Counted from the first letter of the stretch, positions 49,176 to 60,218 are shown. The stretch: 64,000 bases of DNA from a virus (IMGVR_UViG_3300026512_000005:51991-115990); one strand, 5' to 3'. Notes: generated from the sequence alone by a model not told the origin. A program made the numbers and translations.

Positions 49176-49979
49176 CTAGTTATAAGATGCACTATATGGA
49201 TATGTGACAGTTGTAAAGATTTCATCCATGTTTACTTTACGAAGACTTATATTACCGTATAAAGTCTTATCGGTAATGTACATATAGTTATTACGTATAT
49301 CAATATGTAACGTTTCAATACTGCTAGTATGTTTTAAGTGCAACGGATTCTCATTATCTATCAGTACAGTTTCATTGTTATCCAGCTCTTTACTACAGGA
49401 TTTAGGTATATTGAGACTAGGTTTTACCATATATTTTTCTAAATATAATAAGGCGACAATATCATCATGTTTCTCCACTTTATTCTCAATAGCTTCTATG
49501 TATTCTTCATTATTTAATAGATAATCCAAATCAAACGACTCCATTACATAACTTAAGGATTTCACTACGATACTAAGTTTAACAATCTCAGCCATGTCCT
49601 CGACAAAACTTTTCATAGCAAAAGTTGTCTGTATAGGCGTACTATTTTTAATAGTAACTCCTGAAACATTATTTCGCATCTTACGATTGTATGCATTAGT
49701 TAACATACTATTATAGAAGTTACGAACATCCATTCTAAGTGAGTCGCTCAGGATAGGAGTTGTAGATGGATGTCTGACACAATCTTTTTCATTATCAAGA
49801 ACCATCTCCTTTGTATAGTAATAAATATCTTCAGGTATCTCCCTTCTTTTTATATACTTACTTTTACATACTAATATCTCAAACTCTTCTGTTATACCAT
49901 TGGCTACCTTAACTTCGATAACATTCCTAAGTTCTTGAAAACTGCTAACCACTATCTTTTGTTCAATTTTTTCTGACAT
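49176..49979 (-). CDS. Hypothetical protein
   Basis: 267 aa with AAGGAG RBS. Confidence 0.6.
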   Translation of the reverse strand: MSEKIEQKIVVSSFQELRNVIEVKVANGITEEFEILVCKSKYIKRREIPEDIYYYTKEMVLDNEKDCVRHPSTTPILSDSLRMDVRNFYNSMLTNAYNRKMRNNVSGVTIKNSTPIQTTFAMKSFVEDMAEIVKLSIVVKSLSYVMESFDLDYLLNNEEYIEAIENKVEKHDDIVALLYLEKYMVKPSLNIPKSCSKELDNNETVLIDNENPLHLKHTSSIETLHIDIRNNYMYITDKTLYGNISLRKVNMDEIFTTVTYPYSASYN

Positions 49980-49988
49980 ACTTGCTCC

Positions 49989-50660
49989 TTATAACTTAGT
50001 AATCGAATATTTAAATGTCATATCACGCTCATTGGAGAAAATCTCTAATGTATGTGTATCACTACAATAATATGGTTGTAACTCTGAGTTACGCTCAGGG
50101 TTGTAACCAACTAATCGGTCTATTGTATTAGTAGGTTCAGTTTTTGCCTTTTGTGATGTAGGCGTGGCCTCTCCATCAGACCGTCTATAATTTGGTGTTG
50201 TAGTTGCTGTTTTATCTCTATATCTAGAGGGTACGGTTGCCTCTGTTTCTATATTACGTCCACTAGCCATATTCACTCTACCACCGTTATAATCATCCAC
50301 ATGTGGTAATCCTCTATCCGGTCTACCACGACCAGTGGTACGATTGCCGGTTGGTGCTTGACGCATAGTATTAGTAGGTACACCAGACACTGGTACACGA
50401 ACAATATTGCCATACGTATCCAACTCGTATATGTTGCGGTTATCGTCTTCCCATAAAACTTCTCTACCATTTCTATCAAATTCAATTGCGTATAACGGTG
50501 GTAATTGATTCCGACCTTGCATCGACTGTGTTATTAAATTACCCTGTTCATCACACTCCACCCATTCGCCACGGACGATTCTCAGAAGTATTCCTAGGTT
50601 ATCCACATATATGAAAGGTTGACCATCCCGGTCGTAACTAAAAACTTTTGGTGTGTTCAT
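49989..50660 (-). CDS. Hypothetical protein with duplicated N-terminal beta-hairpin module and R/T/G-rich disordered linker
   Basis: YDRDGQPFIYVDNLG...D.QGNL and FDRNGREVLWEDDNR...D.YGNI repeats; early promoter at 50726. Confidence 0.6.
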   Translation of the reverse strand: MNTPKVFSYDRDGQPFIYVDNLGILLRIVRGEWVECDEQGNLITQSMQGRNQLPPLYAIEFDRNGREVLWEDDNRNIYELDTYGNIVRVPVSGVPTNTMRQAPTGNRTTGRGRPDRGLPHVDDYNGGRVNMASGRNIETEATVPSRYRDKTATTTPNYRRSDGEATPTSQKAKTEPTNTIDRLVGYNPERNSELQPYYCSDTHTLEIFSNERDMTFKYSITKL

Positions 50661-50725
50661 TTGTATCTCCTATACAATGTTATTTTATATTATATTTAAC
50701 TACTACGTATCTAGCTAGTATAATA

Positions 50726-50743
50726 TTACATCTTAATAATATA
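50726..50743 (-). promoter_or_regulatory. Putative early promoter
   Basis: TATATTATTAAGATG. Confidence 0.65.
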
Positions 50744-50766
50744 GCGTTAAAAAATACTTGGTTTAA

Positions 50767-50790
50767 CTATATAGACTTACGTCTATATAG
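50767..50790. terminator. Hairpin after the portal gene
   Basis: CTATATAGAC-ttac-GTCTATATAG. Confidence 0.6.
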
Positions 50791-50808
50791 CTGTTATGTC
50801 TATTCAGA

Positions 50809-53283
50809 TTAATCTAACCCAGGATATACAAATCCATCCTCGCTATTCTCATTATCCTTAGAGTTATCCTTTTCCTTCTCTTCAGGTTCTGTTACTTCAT
50901 CATCATCTACTTCATCAGACTCTTTAACAATATCTTTTCCAGAATCGTTATTACCAGTATTATTATTATTGTTATCAACATCATTATCATCTACTATATT
51001 AGACTCCTCTTCTTCTTCTGGGTCATCTAATTTTGATAATTCCTCATCAGTTTTGTTTTTAAGTTTATTACTCTCCTTAATAAAGGGTAGTGCTATCATT
51101 TTTAATGTTTCTACAAAGTTTAAATGCTCATCTAACATATCCGCATTTGGTACACCATCTTCATTAAGTGCAAACATTTTATTAAAGTCTGGTAGTATTT
51201 TATTATCTGCCATATAGCGTTTTATAAGAACTGTCTTTACTGCAGCTTTTATGTTATCCAGATTATCGGATAACTCACCTACAAGGTCATCAGGTAAGGC
51301 GTCGCCACTAAAAATCTTATCCATAGTTGTATCCAAAATATCGGTAAAGTTTTCAAACTCGTCACTACGTATTTCTTTAACTGTGGATTCAGGTTTTACT
51401 AATTCAACTTTTAGTTTCCTAATTATAAATAAAATGGTTCGATTCACAAGTACTTCATCAGTCACATTCTTAGAATCTGTATCTGGCAATATTGTGTTAC
51501 TATTCTTAACAGATTTTCGTAATGATTTTATATTACTAGTTAATATAGTTCGTAGCTTACCTATGAATAACCCGTCCAACATAAGTTTCTTACTAATATC
51601 CTTTGTGATAAGTTTATCATATTTACGTTGTAATTTCTTAACACGTTTATTTAATAGAATATCTTTCTGACGTGCTACTGTTGCAAACTCAGTATCATAG
51701 CTTTCATTTATCAGCTCCGGATTCGCATATAATGAAATATAAATCTGTTTATCTAGAGCCTCGAACAATGTTGTATCTATAGGATTTATATTGTTTTTAA
51801 CTTCTTTAACCTCTACATTAATCTCAGGAAAGTCTGGATGACGTGCATCGACAACATATCCTAATTTATCTATCCAATCTATGTAGTTGTCAACTTTCAA
51901 CATTCTAACAGGTAATTTAAATTGTCTATTCTTAATAACACCGGCTAGTACTTTATCCAACGTTGAACGATAGTTGATGTCATCCTCGTCCAAATCTATT
52001 TTAACTTCAGTAGTAGATACGGAAGACTTAATAAATGCTAATAGGTTAACAAAGGTTAACATACCCTTAATACTAGCCAAAACAGAGACACGCTCTATAA
52101 GACTTTTACCAGTACCATTCTTTCTAAAATTAACGGCGTAGTAAGAAACGAACTCTTTAGGTAAGAATATAATCTTTAAATCTAGTTGCTGTAACATATG
52201 CTCTGCAATGTCTAATAACAGGGTCTCTTCTACATCTACCGTTAGATCTACGCCATCGTCTAGTTTAAGTTTAGTTATATACTTATCTAAACGCTCTACT
52301 ATTAAGACTTGTCTCAGTGAATCTATGTTTTTAATTTCAGGTACATTCTTATCTGTACTCATTAGTGTATCTTTAATTTCAGTAAATACTTCTTCTATGT
52401 ACCTATCATCACGAGTCTTAGTCTCTTTAAACTTATTATCAAACGTAAAATAAAAATATCCATAATGTTCACTTGGATCATCTTTTCTACATATAGGTAT
52501 AATGTTAGAAACATCAACTTTTTTAGTTATAGATTTATTATCGTTAAGGGTAAAATCGGATAACGCCGCAAAACCATCCGAGAATGAACTACCCTCTATT
52601 CCGGGTTTTAGTGTTTTAATATTAGTATCACCTATAATGCCACTATAGTATTTATCCTCGATACCAGCCGTAACTCTATCCTTAATAATGTTATCTTTAC
52701 AAACCGTAGCCAATGAATTAGTTATTGTAATATGTTTACTACTGTCTACTATATTTATCTTTTCATGAGCTTTCTCATAATCTTTTATAGCTGATTCAAT
52801 ACCAACTGACATCCGTTTAGTTTTTGTTTGTTTAACTAAATCATTTATGAATGATACTGGTAGATTAAGTTCTACATAAGCACCCTTTGTATATAACGAC
52901 TCACTAACTATAGTTTCCAATTTCTCTATGAAGTTATACTCAGTTTCTAGATGATCTTCTAATACATCAATAACATTCGTCGTTATTTCGGATGGTAAAC
53001 CAAGAGAACTTAAATCATAATTGAGATTAACACTTTCCATGTCGTTAGGAGCTAGTATTAATGATGTTACAATTTCTATAATAACATCTATCTCTGGTAT
53101 AAGTTCAACTATATCTTCTACTACTGAATTAACCCCAATAATATTTTGTTGTATTTTTTCTAGTTCAGAAGCATTTATATTTAATGATTCTGTTGCTACC
53201 TTGTTCATTATTGTTTTACTAGATTTAATTATCTCTGTAGTGGTGTCTCTTTTTGTGTCTGGTGCTAACTTTGTTTTTGGCAT
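50809..53283 (-). CDS. Portal protein (phiKZ gp129-like)
   Basis: Start moved to MPKTKL (GGAT RBS). Motifs L.PEI...I..SLILAPNDM, P.EHYGY, Y.A......G.GKSL; GIE cleavage motifs; acidic tail. Confidence 0.75.
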   Translation of the reverse strand: MPKTKLAPDTKRDTTTEIIKSSKTIMNKVATESLNINASELEKIQQNIIGVNSVVEDIVELIPEIDVIIEIVTSLILAPNDMESVNLNYDLSSLGLPSEITTNVIDVLEDHLETEYNFIEKLETIVSESLYTKGAYVELNLPVSFINDLVKQTKTKRMSVGIESAIKDYEKAHEKINIVDSSKHITITNSLATVCKDNIIKDRVTAGIEDKYYSGIIGDTNIKTLKPGIEGSSFSDGFAALSDFTLNDNKSITKKVDVSNIIPICRKDDPSEHYGYFYFTFDNKFKETKTRDDRYIEEVFTEIKDTLMSTDKNVPEIKNIDSLRQVLIVERLDKYITKLKLDDGVDLTVDVEETLLLDIAEHMLQQLDLKIIFLPKEFVSYYAVNFRKNGTGKSLIERVSVLASIKGMLTFVNLLAFIKSSVSTTEVKIDLDEDDINYRSTLDKVLAGVIKNRQFKLPVRMLKVDNYIDWIDKLGYVVDARHPDFPEINVEVKEVKNNINPIDTTLFEALDKQIYISLYANPELINESYDTEFATVARQKDILLNKRVKKLQRKYDKLITKDISKKLMLDGLFIGKLRTILTSNIKSLRKSVKNSNTILPDTDSKNVTDEVLVNRTILFIIRKLKVELVKPESTVKEIRSDEFENFTDILDTTMDKIFSGDALPDDLVGELSDNLDNIKAAVKTVLIKRYMADNKILPDFNKMFALNEDGVPNADMLDEHLNFVETLKMIALPFIKESNKLKNKTDEELSKLDDPEEEEESNIVDDNDVDNNNNNTGNNDSGKDIVKESDEVDDDEVTEPEEKEKDNSKDNENSEDGFVYPGLD

Positions 53284-53334
53284 AAGTATCCTTTTTTTGT
53301 TTGAATTAAATATATAAAAATAATGGAGATATAC

Positions 53335-56300
53335 ATGATTACTATACAGGAATATTTGAAGGCTACAATTACATTTGTAAATAGTCTTATAATTAAAATA
53401 GATGAAATACACATACATCAAAACTATCATACATATGTTAAATATGGGTTAACCCCACCATCTAGATCTGATAGTAAGTATTATCAGAATATTACAGGTA
53501 GTTTAAATAATAATGATTATCTATTCAAAATACCCACAACAAATCTGGATTTTAATAGAAAAAATCTTAGGAGTGTACCCAGTATACATAATAAGTATTT
53601 AAAGTTTGATAACGATTTTAATAAACTATGTAGTGAAAAGGTGGGTATGTCGGATTACATACGTGGTTGTCTTATTGATATAACCATGGACGAAATTATA
53701 GAATTAGATAATTATAAAGTTATACACCACAACAAAAGTTTCTTGACTGATAATGAATTGGCTATTATACCAAAAATAGAATCATATGTAAAGAACTATA
53801 TGACAACCTATAATAATAACAAGATGATGATTGATGAGTTATTCCTACCAGGACAATTAAGTGTTTTATTCAATGGTATGGTTTTATATATATTATCGGT
53901 GAAATTTGGTAATATCCAAAGTAATCAAGTTGATATTTTTCACTTATCTCATAAGTTACAATCGTATAAGAATACGTATTCTAGTAGTAAGATTTTTAAT
54001 CTTCCAACAAATATATGGTTATATGGTAATGTAAATAGATTACGACATAACGTCGGTAAGAATTTTGTACTTGATGAGATATTAACTAATGTATACGATA
54101 AGAATCTATTTGGTATAGGTAACGTAGTTTATACAAATACTATACCAGAGATTATAGAAGATAATATTAATGATGCTAGTAAAGAATTTTATAAACATAT
54201 GTATAGTATGGAGTTAGACAGAAGTAATAAATCGTGTTATAATATAAATGACAAGTCATATACTGCTGATGTGTTAGAGGGGATTTTGCGTAATAATGAT
54301 TTAAAGATAAATCACACTGATGTAGTGGCGACAGATAAAACGTTAAGGAGCGCTGCAGATAAACATAGGACTGGAATGTTTCTATTAGATCAGCCAGAGA
54401 AAATAAGGACACATTTCTATAATACATTTATATTCCTACTAAGTAATATAATCCATTTATTTAAGGTTAATGACTATACGTTTACGTTAGATGTATTTAA
54501 TAGAAAGGATAATAAATTATATACTCTTACTACAAAAGATATTTTATATATCTTAATATACAGGGTATATAAGTTATATAATCTTGAAACGAATCATTTC
54601 ACTATACGGTGTAATGGTGTGTTTAAGACTGATTTTGATACTAAAGAGATTCTAAACAAAACTTTATATAAAGATAGATTAACTTCTTTACTGGACTATT
54701 TAACTAATAATGATTCTCTAACTGTAAATATTTTCAATTTAGAAACGTTGAACCTGTATCTAGAAACAATTCGTGAATTGGATACAAAGATACTTCTAAC
54801 AAAAAGTAATATAGTAGACAGTTTTGCAAGGACTGACGTACAAGTAATAGGTAGTAACCTATTCAACACTATAAAATATGACTTTGAACTTGAACATATT
54901 GAAACATACTTATCGGATATGAATCTTATCACGTTTACAGATGTCCACAGTATAAAACTTGAAACACTTCTTTTTAGATTAACGAATATAGAAATATCCG
55001 ATATAGCTAAGATACAAGATAAGTTTAAAAAAGCTATAAAGTTCTTTGATAATTTCACATCATATACTGTAGATTTAGTTACGGATAACGAGTTTTTAGA
55101 TAGTGATAATTTAATATCGTATGGACCAGATTTGAATATAGGTTATAAACCTATACTTAAAATAAATGATACACGTTATAAGTTATTAGAAGACTTTGAC
55201 TTTTATGTTGGGTTTAGTAATTACGTAGATGAGAATCTGGATGTTAATAATAAAGTGGATTACGTTTTAGCATACGATACAACACATTATGGCTTACCGT
55301 GTTTAGTATCCTCAACGTTGATTGAGGATTATGTTACCACAGATGTTTTCACTAAGAAACTTATGCCTAAAGATTATACTGTAAATATCGAGAATAAAAC
55401 TTTGGATACTGATAACGATATATTACATAGAGTCTCAGGTTTGGAAATGGGTTTAGATGTCATAGATACAGGTATTAAAATATCAGATATTGCTAGTGGT
55501 ACAGTTAATGAATATCAGACCACTGTTGAGTATAAAAGTTACAGGGGTATACCATATATCATTACCGACTTACAACTAGAAGATGATCATGATAATTTGT
55601 TACCTATACAGAATAGTAGTACTGATGTAAATTTAATTAAGGAAGTTTCAACAGCACGATTATTAAGTATTAAGCATACTGACGAATTAGATACAACACA
55701 TGCCACATATAGTAAAACCTTGACCTTACCTACTGAAAACTTTATAATAGGATTATCTGATAGAGTACTAGATAATGATAATGATATAAGGTTACGTAGG
55801 GATATGATACCAATTGTGGTATCCAGAATTGGGTCAGTAATGGACATAGTCGCTACGGACCTTTCGTTAATTGGTACAGGATGTAGTACTATGGTACATA
55901 AAGATAAAACTAAGACTAAACCGTATATAATACGAACAGCAGCTATAGAGGATATTAATACAAACCAGGAAGTTTTATATATGAATCCTGATGCTGAGAA
56001 TGTTGTTAGCGTAACTAATACTATAGGTAAATTAGATATTATGGGTAGTAAGACCATATTTAATACGCCCGAAACAATGGTTACCACTAATAGTATATTA
56101 CCTAAACAAATGACCGTAGATATTAAACAACATAAATTTATGGACGATAAGATGGGCATTAATAAGGAACATGATATAATTGAAATCTTAGATTTTAATA
56201 AGAAACTCAATATTGATGGTAAAAGCGATGACATAGTTTTAAGCAATAATATCACAGAAGTTTTTATGGGACTACCGTCGGCATTAAGCATTATAACTAA

Positions 56301-56856
56301 ACCAAGTAGTAATGTTTATTCCGACTCAGAAATGAATGTTATAGGATATAACGATGGGGTATTTAATACAATTAATACCAATAAACCAGTACCCATCCAT
56401 GGTAGTAAAGATGATGTATTATTATTAAGTACCCCCATAACTGAAACCTCTAATAACATACCATCTAACCAGATAAGTGTCAACACTACGATAACCAATG
56501 TAGTCGATAACGATATACGTGATATGAACTTTATAATACCTATGTATAAGGTAACGACTATTACAAAAGACTTTAGAGTATTTGGTAACATGAGTGTTAT
56601 ACTATCGTCGTTCTTAACAACAGTTAATAAAGCCGATTATCATATACACCCAGTTGTCAAGAATATGGTAGTCGGTAATATGCCAAGTGATGAAGAACAC
56701 ATTGACCATAAAGATAACTTACTATTGGATACCTCAATCATGAAAAAACCCGTCGTAAAAGATATTGATTTAATATCTGCGGATATGGATTTAGTAGATG
56801 TAGAAATTATAAACGATGAGATAGAAATGGATATAAATGTAGAAATAATTACTTAA
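53335..56856 (+). CDS. Large virion structural protein (gp128-like) with C-terminal extension
   Basis: Motifs KYY.N..G, I.GCL, WLY.N...L..N.GK; divergent from the portal gene as in phiKZ. Confidence 0.6.
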   Translation: MITIQEYLKATITFVNSLIIKIDEIHIHQNYHTYVKYGLTPPSRSDSKYYQNITGSLNNNDYLFKIPTTNLDFNRKNLRSVPSIHNKYLKFDNDFNKLCSEKVGMSDYIRGCLIDITMDEIIELDNYKVIHHNKSFLTDNELAIIPKIESYVKNYMTTYNNNKMMIDELFLPGQLSVLFNGMVLYILSVKFGNIQSNQVDIFHLSHKLQSYKNTYSSSKIFNLPTNIWLYGNVNRLRHNVGKNFVLDEILTNVYDKNLFGIGNVVYTNTIPEIIEDNINDASKEFYKHMYSMELDRSNKSCYNINDKSYTADVLEGILRNNDLKINHTDVVATDKTLRSAADKHRTGMFLLDQPEKIRTHFYNTFIFLLSNIIHLFKVNDYTFTLDVFNRKDNKLYTLTTKDILYILIYRVYKLYNLETNHFTIRCNGVFKTDFDTKEILNKTLYKDRLTSLLDYLTNNDSLTVNIFNLETLNLYLETIRELDTKILLTKSNIVDSFARTDVQVIGSNLFNTIKYDFELEHIETYLSDMNLITFTDVHSIKLETLLFRLTNIEISDIAKIQDKFKKAIKFFDNFTSYTVDLVTDNEFLDSDNLISYGPDLNIGYKPILKINDTRYKLLEDFDFYVGFSNYVDENLDVNNKVDYVLAYDTTHYGLPCLVSSTLIEDYVTTDVFTKKLMPKDYTVNIENKTLDTDNDILHRVSGLEMGLDVIDTGIKISDIASGTVNEYQTTVEYKSYRGIPYIITDLQLEDDHDNLLPIQNSSTDVNLIKEVSTARLLSIKHTDELDTTHATYSKTLTLPTENFIIGLSDRVLDNDNDIRLRRDMIPIVVSRIGSVMDIVATDLSLIGTGCSTMVHKDKTKTKPYIIRTAAIEDINTNQEVLYMNPDAENVVSVTNTIGKLDIMGSKTIFNTPETMVTTNSILPKQMTVDIKQHKFMDDKMGINKEHDIIEILDFNKKLNIDGKSDDIVLSNNITEVFMGLPSALSIITKPSSNVYSDSEMNVIGYNDGVFNTINTNKPVPIHGSKDDVLLLSTPITETSNNIPSNQISVNTTITNVVDNDIRDMNFIIPMYKVTTITKDFRVFGNMSVILSSFLTTVNKADYHIHPVVKNMVVGNMPSDEEHIDHKDNLLLDTSIMKKPVVKDIDLISADMDLVDVEIINDEIEMDINVEIIT

Positions 56857-56889
56857 CTATAACTACAAGGATAGTCCTTGTAGTTATAG
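56857..56889. terminator. Bidirectional hairpin between convergent genes
   Basis: CTATAACTACAAGGA-tag-TCCTTGTAGTTATAG. Confidence 0.65.
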
Positions 56890-57549
56890 GCTAAGTTTCA
56901 TGTGCATTCCAGCTAGATAAGCTTGTAAAGTTTTACTAGTTCGAGTCTGTTCACCATATTGTTTTAGAACATCTGGAGATACAGTACCATACTTTTTTAT
57001 ACTACCAATCATAATACTTGATCGTTGTAAGTCTGATCGATCTATCATGAGCTCTTCTACGGTATTTATTAAATTCTTATTCGTTAATAACTGTGCTTCT
57101 ACACCTGATATTTTACTGGACCTACTAACACCAGTGGGTTGTCCTGTAATAATATCATGATGCTTATTGTCCTCACTAACACTAACCCCTTTCTCAACAG
57201 TTTGCTTAGTACGACGGAACGGTAGTAGTAAAATAAGTTGTTTCTCTTTAGTTTCTACTTTGGGTAAACTCTTATCTACTTTACTATATGTGTGTTGAAA
57301 TAATGGATAATTATACTTCTTAGCTAGTCTTAGATTATTTTCAACAGTTATTTTATTTTTACTCATATCTGTTTCTACAAGTATCTGTAATATATCACCA
57401 TCGCGTAATCGTTCCATAAAGCTTGTAAAATCTTTATCGGACATTTTACTGAACATATCCTTATATAATTTAATAACCTTTTCATTACCAACGGTGATTT
57501 CAGTTATACGTTCTATAATAAAGTTTTCTTCTTTTTTGAATTTAGACAT
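56884..57549 (-). CDS. Virion RNA polymerase beta subunit, C-terminal fragment (gp149-like)
   Basis: LP.RR..Q...K.VS.....DIITGQPTG.SR.SKIS..E resembles the RpoB C-terminal TQQP...GEME region. Confidence 0.8.
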   Translation of the reverse strand: MSKFKKEENFIIERITEITVGNEKVIKLYKDMFSKMSDKDFTSFMERLRDGDILQILVETDMSKNKITVENNLRLAKKYNYPLFQHTYSKVDKSLPKVETKEKQLILLLPFRRTKQTVEKGVSVSEDNKHHDIITGQPTGVSRSSKISGVEAQLLTNKNLINTVEELMIDRSDLQRSSIMIGSIKKYGTVSPDVLKQYGEQTRTSKTLQAYLAGMHMKLSL

Positions 57550-57559
57550 AGTTACATTC

Positions 57560-58294
57560 CTATACTAAAGGAATGTAAATATAATCTGTTTTATGTTCAC
57601 CAAATAAAGTTAACTGTTTACCAAATGCACTATAAGAAAAGATAGTAAACAATGTAGGAGAATCTTTATCCCAGCCTATATCTTTAGTGCTTATTTTTAA
57701 TACATCCAATGCGTTAGCACCAACACGTGTACTCATAGCACCATTAGTATGTTGTATATTCTTAAGTCTAGTATTCGTATTAAGTCCAGGAAAATCTAGT
57801 GATAATCTTGTTATCTTCTTACCCACTAAAGACTTCGGTTCAGTAGTTAACTTTTTAGCATATTGTTTAGGGATACTTATAGCATCACTATCTGCATTGT
57901 AACCAGTTACGTTAGAGTAGGTGGTAACCTTATTAGGTAACATTTCATTCTTCCACTTATCTGCTTCCAGTTCTTCTATACAACTTATGTTAAATATAAC
58001 TTTGTGCTCTTTATCATAATAGAAAGCATTGAGTATCCCATTTAAACTATAGGCACTACATATAAAAATAAGTTGTTCTTCATTAGTTGTTCTATTATTA
58101 ATAGTAACTTGTTTAGTTCTACTAAGTGTATTAGTTAATTTCTCAACAGTATGCTCTGTACTGGTTATAGTACTTTGTTTAACCACTTCATTAGTTAAAC
58201 TAAGAAATGGTAACATCCGTGTATTCTCTACTTCTATTTGTAGGTTATCACTCGTAGACTTTGTGCCATACAGTTCATATATTTCACTTTCCAT
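57560..58294 (-). CDS. Hypothetical protein
   Basis: 244 aa with AGGAG RBS. Confidence 0.55.
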   Translation of the reverse strand: MESEIYELYGTKSTSDNLQIEVENTRMLPFLSLTNEVVKQSTITSTEHTVEKLTNTLSRTKQVTINNRTTNEEQLIFICSAYSLNGILNAFYYDKEHKVIFNISCIEELEADKWKNEMLPNKVTTYSNVTGYNADSDAISIPKQYAKKLTTEPKSLVGKKITRLSLDFPGLNTNTRLKNIQHTNGAMSTRVGANALDVLKISTKDIGWDKDSPTLFTIFSYSAFGKQLTLFGEHKTDYIYIPLV

Positions 58295-58302
58295 TATAAC
58301 TC

Positions 58303-58674
58303 CTATATACTGTTATGTTCTTTAAGGAATGGTATAATACTACCAATCATAATATCTAACCAAACATCATCTTTTATCATAGAATTACATAAACTAATTG
58401 CATTAACTATTTTAATATCTGGTTGTGCGGCTTTTAATTCTAATAACGTACTTATTATATATCTCGTTATAATAAACTTTTGTATAGTAGATGATTTGGT
58501 CATCATACTTTTATCTATATTAACAATATTCGTACCAAACTTAATTACATCAATATCCTTATAAGTGTTGAGTACTAAATTAATAAAGGTAAAGAAAATC
58601 GTACCTTTATCACTATTTGCTTCATAACTCTCTTGATATAACTTTAACGTTTTATCGTTTATCTCTTTACTCAT
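58303..58674 (-). CDS. Hypothetical protein
   Basis: 123 aa, overlaps the uvsX stop codon. Confidence 0.55.
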   Translation of the reverse strand: MSKEINDKTLKLYQESYEANSDKGTIFFTFINLVLNTYKDIDVIKFGTNIVNIDKSMMTKSSTIQKFIITRYIISTLLELKAAQPDIKIVNAISLCNSMIKDDVWLDIMIGSIIPFLKEHNSI

Positions 58675-60095
58675 TTTTTATCCTCCATTTGTTTTTTCAT
58701 TTCTTTAACCCAGTACATTTGTTTACCAGTAGTCGCTATTTGCAAAATATCTAATATACTACATGGTTTTAAATCTACATCATATTGTTTAGGAGTATAC
58801 CAAGAACGTGTATGTTCTAAAATATAATCCCAACTATAACCTGCTTCTATAACCTTATTATAGAGTTCTTCTGGTTCTATATAAAATCTAGAATACTGTC
58901 GCATAAATGTTTTCATTTGTAATAACTCAGATATTATATTAATCGCTCTTCGTAGTTTAGCATCAGTATCTATTTTACTACGAACAGTGGTTCTGGATAG
59001 TTTAATATCTGGATAAATAGCGATACTATAACTTCTATCGTTACCAACTAAACCGAACTTATTCGTTTTAATATGGTGGAACTCAGTTAGTGTCGGTAAT
59101 ACACCCTCCACCTGACTTATAACCAGTTCCAGTATATATCCACTAGGTCCTGTTTTATTACGCAATTGTTTAAGTTTAACTAGATTTAAATCTGTAGCAT
59201 TATCTTCTTTATCTAGTGGATACTCAGGCATCTTAGTAGTAGGATTTTTAAGTATAGTAGAACTAAAAGCGTGATACATATGTGTAGACAGGAAATATAT
59301 TTTACCAGCTATACCCTTTATTTTCTGACCAGTTCTCATATGTTGTAACGATTTAGTAGGTTGTGGTGCAAAGGGACCACTAGCCATATTTATTTCATCA
59401 CCAACATGTGCTGTTAATAAAAAACTAGTATTAGTACTGTTTGCTAATCTAGGTAAATCTTTTATGATTTTAGTTTTGAATAATCCTTCATGCATAAAGA
59501 TGGTATTAGAATCTTGTATCTTCCCATCACTAACTATTTCAGCACCTTTTCCAGATTCCAATTCACTAAAACTATCTATCTCTATAAAGCTTGGTTTCTT
59601 ATTAACTAAATCACCATTGGTTAATCTGTTTATGTAACCGTCATATTTTAGAACATTTTTCTTATCTTTGAGTTTATTAAGTACATTCTCATGTACTTTA
59701 GTTATCCATTTTTCGGCTGTCATTTCACTCTTTGAAATAACACTCCAAATGTTATCATCGTATAATGGTTCGTCCACCATATATTCTAGTTTAGATGTTA
59801 ACTTATTAAGTCGTTCTAGATTAAATATCATATTATCTTCAGTATCATATGTATGTAAGGGCACTTCACCTATACTGTTCTTTAATCTGTTAGCGGACTG
59901 TAACATAAAATAATGACTTATTGTAGACTTAAACATATTACCAGTACCAACCATTCCAGTAACACTAGCAAGTCCACCATTAAGTATCATTTCTCCCTTT
60001 TTACCAGTTATGAAAGTACCAGTTGGTATATCAAATAGTGCACCTATGTTTACTAGTGGTTTTATAGAAATTGGATTATCTGATTTTATATTCAT
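58671..60095 (-). CDS. uvsX: UvsX/RecA-like recombinase (gp152-like)
   Basis: Divergent Walker A GTGNMFKST, YDTE, IEIDS, TAH and RNK.GPSG motifs. Confidence 0.8.
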   Translation of the reverse strand: MNIKSDNPISIKPLVNIGALFDIPTGTFITGKKGEMILNGGLASVTGMVGTGNMFKSTISHYFMLQSANRLKNSIGEVPLHTYDTEDNMIFNLERLNKLTSKLEYMVDEPLYDDNIWSVISKSEMTAEKWITKVHENVLNKLKDKKNVLKYDGYINRLTNGDLVNKKPSFIEIDSFSELESGKGAEIVSDGKIQDSNTIFMHEGLFKTKIIKDLPRLANSTNTSFLLTAHVGDEINMASGPFAPQPTKSLQHMRTGQKIKGIAGKIYFLSTHMYHAFSSTILKNPTTKMPEYPLDKEDNATDLNLVKLKQLRNKTGPSGYILELVISQVEGVLPTLTEFHHIKTNKFGLVGNDRSYSIAIYPDIKLSRTTVRSKIDTDAKLRRAINIISELLQMKTFMRQYSRFYIEPEELYNKVIEAGYSWDYILEHTRSWYTPKQYDVDLKPCSILDILQIATTGKQMYWVKEMKKQMEDKK

Positions 60096-60218
60096 TGTTT
60101 TTCCTTGTTATTGTATGTTATCAGTTTAAGTATCACGTGTTAAAAAACACAATATAAACGGCAGATATAGTGGTAACTATAGATGTTAAATTGATAAAAA
60201 TAAAATATAAGGATAGTT

